DNA from: a bacterium
GTDB lineage: Bacteria; RBG-13-61-14; DATKZS01
DNA length: 16,026 bases
Reading direction: 5' to 3'
Assembly: GCA_046484135.1 (NCBI GenBank)
Contig: JAWOBU010000159.1
Location: 1 to 16,026, forward strand
The first letter of the stretch is position 1. Every line of letters starts with the position of its first letter. Both the position numbers and the translations under genes were made by a program. Shown piece by piece: positions 14,969 through 16,026 of this stretch. The notes beneath the pieces were generated by a model that searched no databases, was not told where the DNA came from, and saw only the letters and a program-made list of their open reading frames with translations.

Positions 14969-15144
14969 TTTGGTGAATGCTCAATTTAGTAAGATGATAC
15001 AAGGAAGTCCGAACGGGGACAAAGCCGGGAAGCATCATTATGGTGAGGCGAGAACTCTATAGAGTTTTTTATTTCGCGGCTTACGCCGCTCGCACTTATC
15101 GCCTTATATTTTGACAGAGCACGATAAGCTGCAATGCGTGGGGA

Positions 15145-15522
15145 TCAGCGCGCCGCCACCGTAAGCTCTTCGTCCGGGATCACCCGGTTTTCTCCGTCCA
15201 CGAACACCAGCCGGGGCTCCCAGTTTTCCGCCTCCCCCGCTTCCACATCGGTAAAGGAAGCGACGATCACCAGGTCGCCCCGCCCGGCGCAGTGGGCCGC
15301 GGCGCCGTTTATGCAAATGGTGCCCGAGCCCCGCTCGCCGGGTATGGCATAGGTAACTAACCGGTCGCCAGTGGTGATGTTCCAGACGTGAACCTGCTCG
15401 TGGGTTACGATGTCCGCGGCTTCCATGAGGTCTTGGTCTATCTCTATGGAGCCCACATAATTCAAATCCGCCCTGGTCACCGTGGCCCTGTGGACCTTGG
15501 ACTTCAGCATAGTTCTTTTCAT
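15145..15522 (-). CDS. panD: Aspartate 1-decarboxylase proenzyme
   Basis: [12 protein letters not shown] (K9, H11), YVG-SIEID self-cleavage site at G24-S25, TYAI (Y58) and [17 protein letters not shown] at 15532-15526. Confidence 0.97.
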   Translation of the reverse strand: MKRTMLKSKVHRATVTRADLNYVGSIEIDQDLMEAADIVTHEQVHVWNITTGDRLVTYAIPGERGSGTICINGAAAHCAGRGDLVIVASFTDVEAGEAENWEPRLVFVDGENRVIPDEELTVAAR

Positions 15523-15533
15523 TTTCCCTCCCA

Positions 15534-15564
15534 GGTCGCTGCGACTTCATAAGTCGTCAACGCC
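15534..15564 (-). ncRNA. Candidate pan RNA motif hairpin in the panD 5' UTR
   Basis: Minus strand GG-CGTTG-[A]-CGACTT-ATG-AAGTCG-CAGCG-[A]-CC folds as a stem with two bulged A residues, between the promoter and the SD. Confidence 0.5.
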
Positions 15565-15585
15565 GACAATTACTATACTGATAAT

Positions 15586-15614
15586 AAAGTATCCCAACCT
15601 TCACAATTTGTCAA
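15586..15614 (-). promoter_or_regulatory. Sigma70 promoter of panD
   Basis: TTGACA (15614-15609), exactly 17 nt, then TACTTT (15591-15586). Predicted start near 15579. Confidence 0.75.
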
Positions 15615-15792
15615 TAAGAAATAAGCGATGAAGTTCCCCCGTTTTTTATGACCGGTCATTCCCTCCATCAGCGTCTCCGGCAAGCAGGGCGTTTGTCTTA
15701 AGTTTCCAATCGGCCACATACAACTTCTCCTTGTTAAATGGAGCACACCACTCAGCCATCAGGACAGCCCACTCTACTCGGCAGCCATGATA

Positions 15793-15839
15793 GCCCACAC
15801 AACTTGTTGTGTGGGCAGACTCACGAAGTGGGTCTGCCC
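15793..15839. repeat. Two overlapping GC-rich inverted repeats
   Basis: GCCCACACAAC-TT-GTTGTGTGGGC (15793-15816) and GGGCAGACTCAC-GAA-GTGGGTCTGCCC (15813-15839, one T.G pair). Confidence 0.85.
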
Positions 15840-15843
15840 TCTG

Positions 15844-16026
15844 TGCCAAGATAGATGAGACACTTCCCCTATGTTAAATTACTGTAGGGCGGGGGAGGAT
15901 TAGAGATGTATAGGGATAGAGAGAAGGATGACCATGTTACCTACCAGGCAGGGGAGACGGAAGGAGCCCGTAGGGCGAGTGGAGTCTCCCCTGCCTGGGC
16001 GGCCTCGCCGGAGGCCCCGGCGACCG
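15844..16026 (+). mobile_element. Probable left end of an IS3/IS481-type insertion sequence (truncated by the window)
   Basis: Candidate terminal repeat TGCCAAGATAGATGAGACA (15844-15862) has the TG..CAA-N6-TGAGACA look I associate with these IS ends. It is followed by an SD-led ORF with an EGARRA(T/S)G motif. The partner end is outside the window. Confidence 0.55.
15906..16026 (+). CDS. N-terminus of probable IS transposase OrfA (MYRDREKDDHVTYQAGETEGARRASGVSPAWAASPEAPAT..., 3'-truncated)
   Basis: SD GGAGG at 15894-15898, 7 nt before ATG 15906; open to the window end. TEGARRASGVS resembles the EGARRATG leader I recall from a group of IS3-annotated OrfA proteins. Confidence 0.6.
   Translation, partial: MYRDREKDDHVTYQAGETEGARRASGVSPAWAASPEAPAT

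Noticed and set aside
2462..14989. Long antisense ORFs (e.g. 2462-3514, 4347-5582, 5733-6911, 7184-8338, 8408-9502, 13805-14989)
   Set aside because: They are shadows of well-supported genes on the opposite strand, expected in GC-rich DNA, and carry no recognisable motifs.
15104..15550. 148-aa ORF overlapping panD in another frame, starting at the ATG in the leader hairpin loop
   Set aside because: No SD, Arg/Gly-rich frame-shadow composition, and panD fully explains the region.
15626..15700. Fluoride riboswitch-like start (GCGATGAAGTTCCCCC...ACCGG)
   Set aside because: P1 pairs poorly, the downstream TGATGACTTC pseudoknot strand is missing, and no fluoride-related gene follows.
15793..15839. 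Integron attC site or CRISPR repeat
   Set aside because: No RYYYAAC/GTTRRRY box architecture of adequate length, and no regularly spaced repeats anywhere in the window.
15646..15849. 67-aa minus-strand ORF from the track
   Set aside because: Its TTG start lies in the putative IS end and it runs through the palindromes. No SD at that start and no recognisable product.

Overview
Bacterial chromosomal window, mostly GC-rich coding sequence with AT-richer intergenic gaps. The + strand carries the 3' part of selB, whose stop codon lies inside a tRNA-Sec gene. That tRNA folds with a short 7/5 (12-bp) acceptor/T arm. Next come a LarA-family (nickel-pincer) racemase/epimerase, gndA, two tandem alkyl-DHAP-synthase-like FAD enzymes, a large FN3/cohesin-like lipoprotein and a signal-peptide-bearing GH38 alpha-mannosidase. 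The - strand carries panD (with a clear sigma70 promoter and a pan-motif-like leader hairpin) and ruvX-mltG-queE. Two ORFs are missing from the supplied track: a 34-aa membrane peptide facing selC, and the N-terminus of a probable IS3/IS481-type transposase at the window end, which contains a 15-bp hairpin. All family assignments come from motif recognition by eye; no searches were run.
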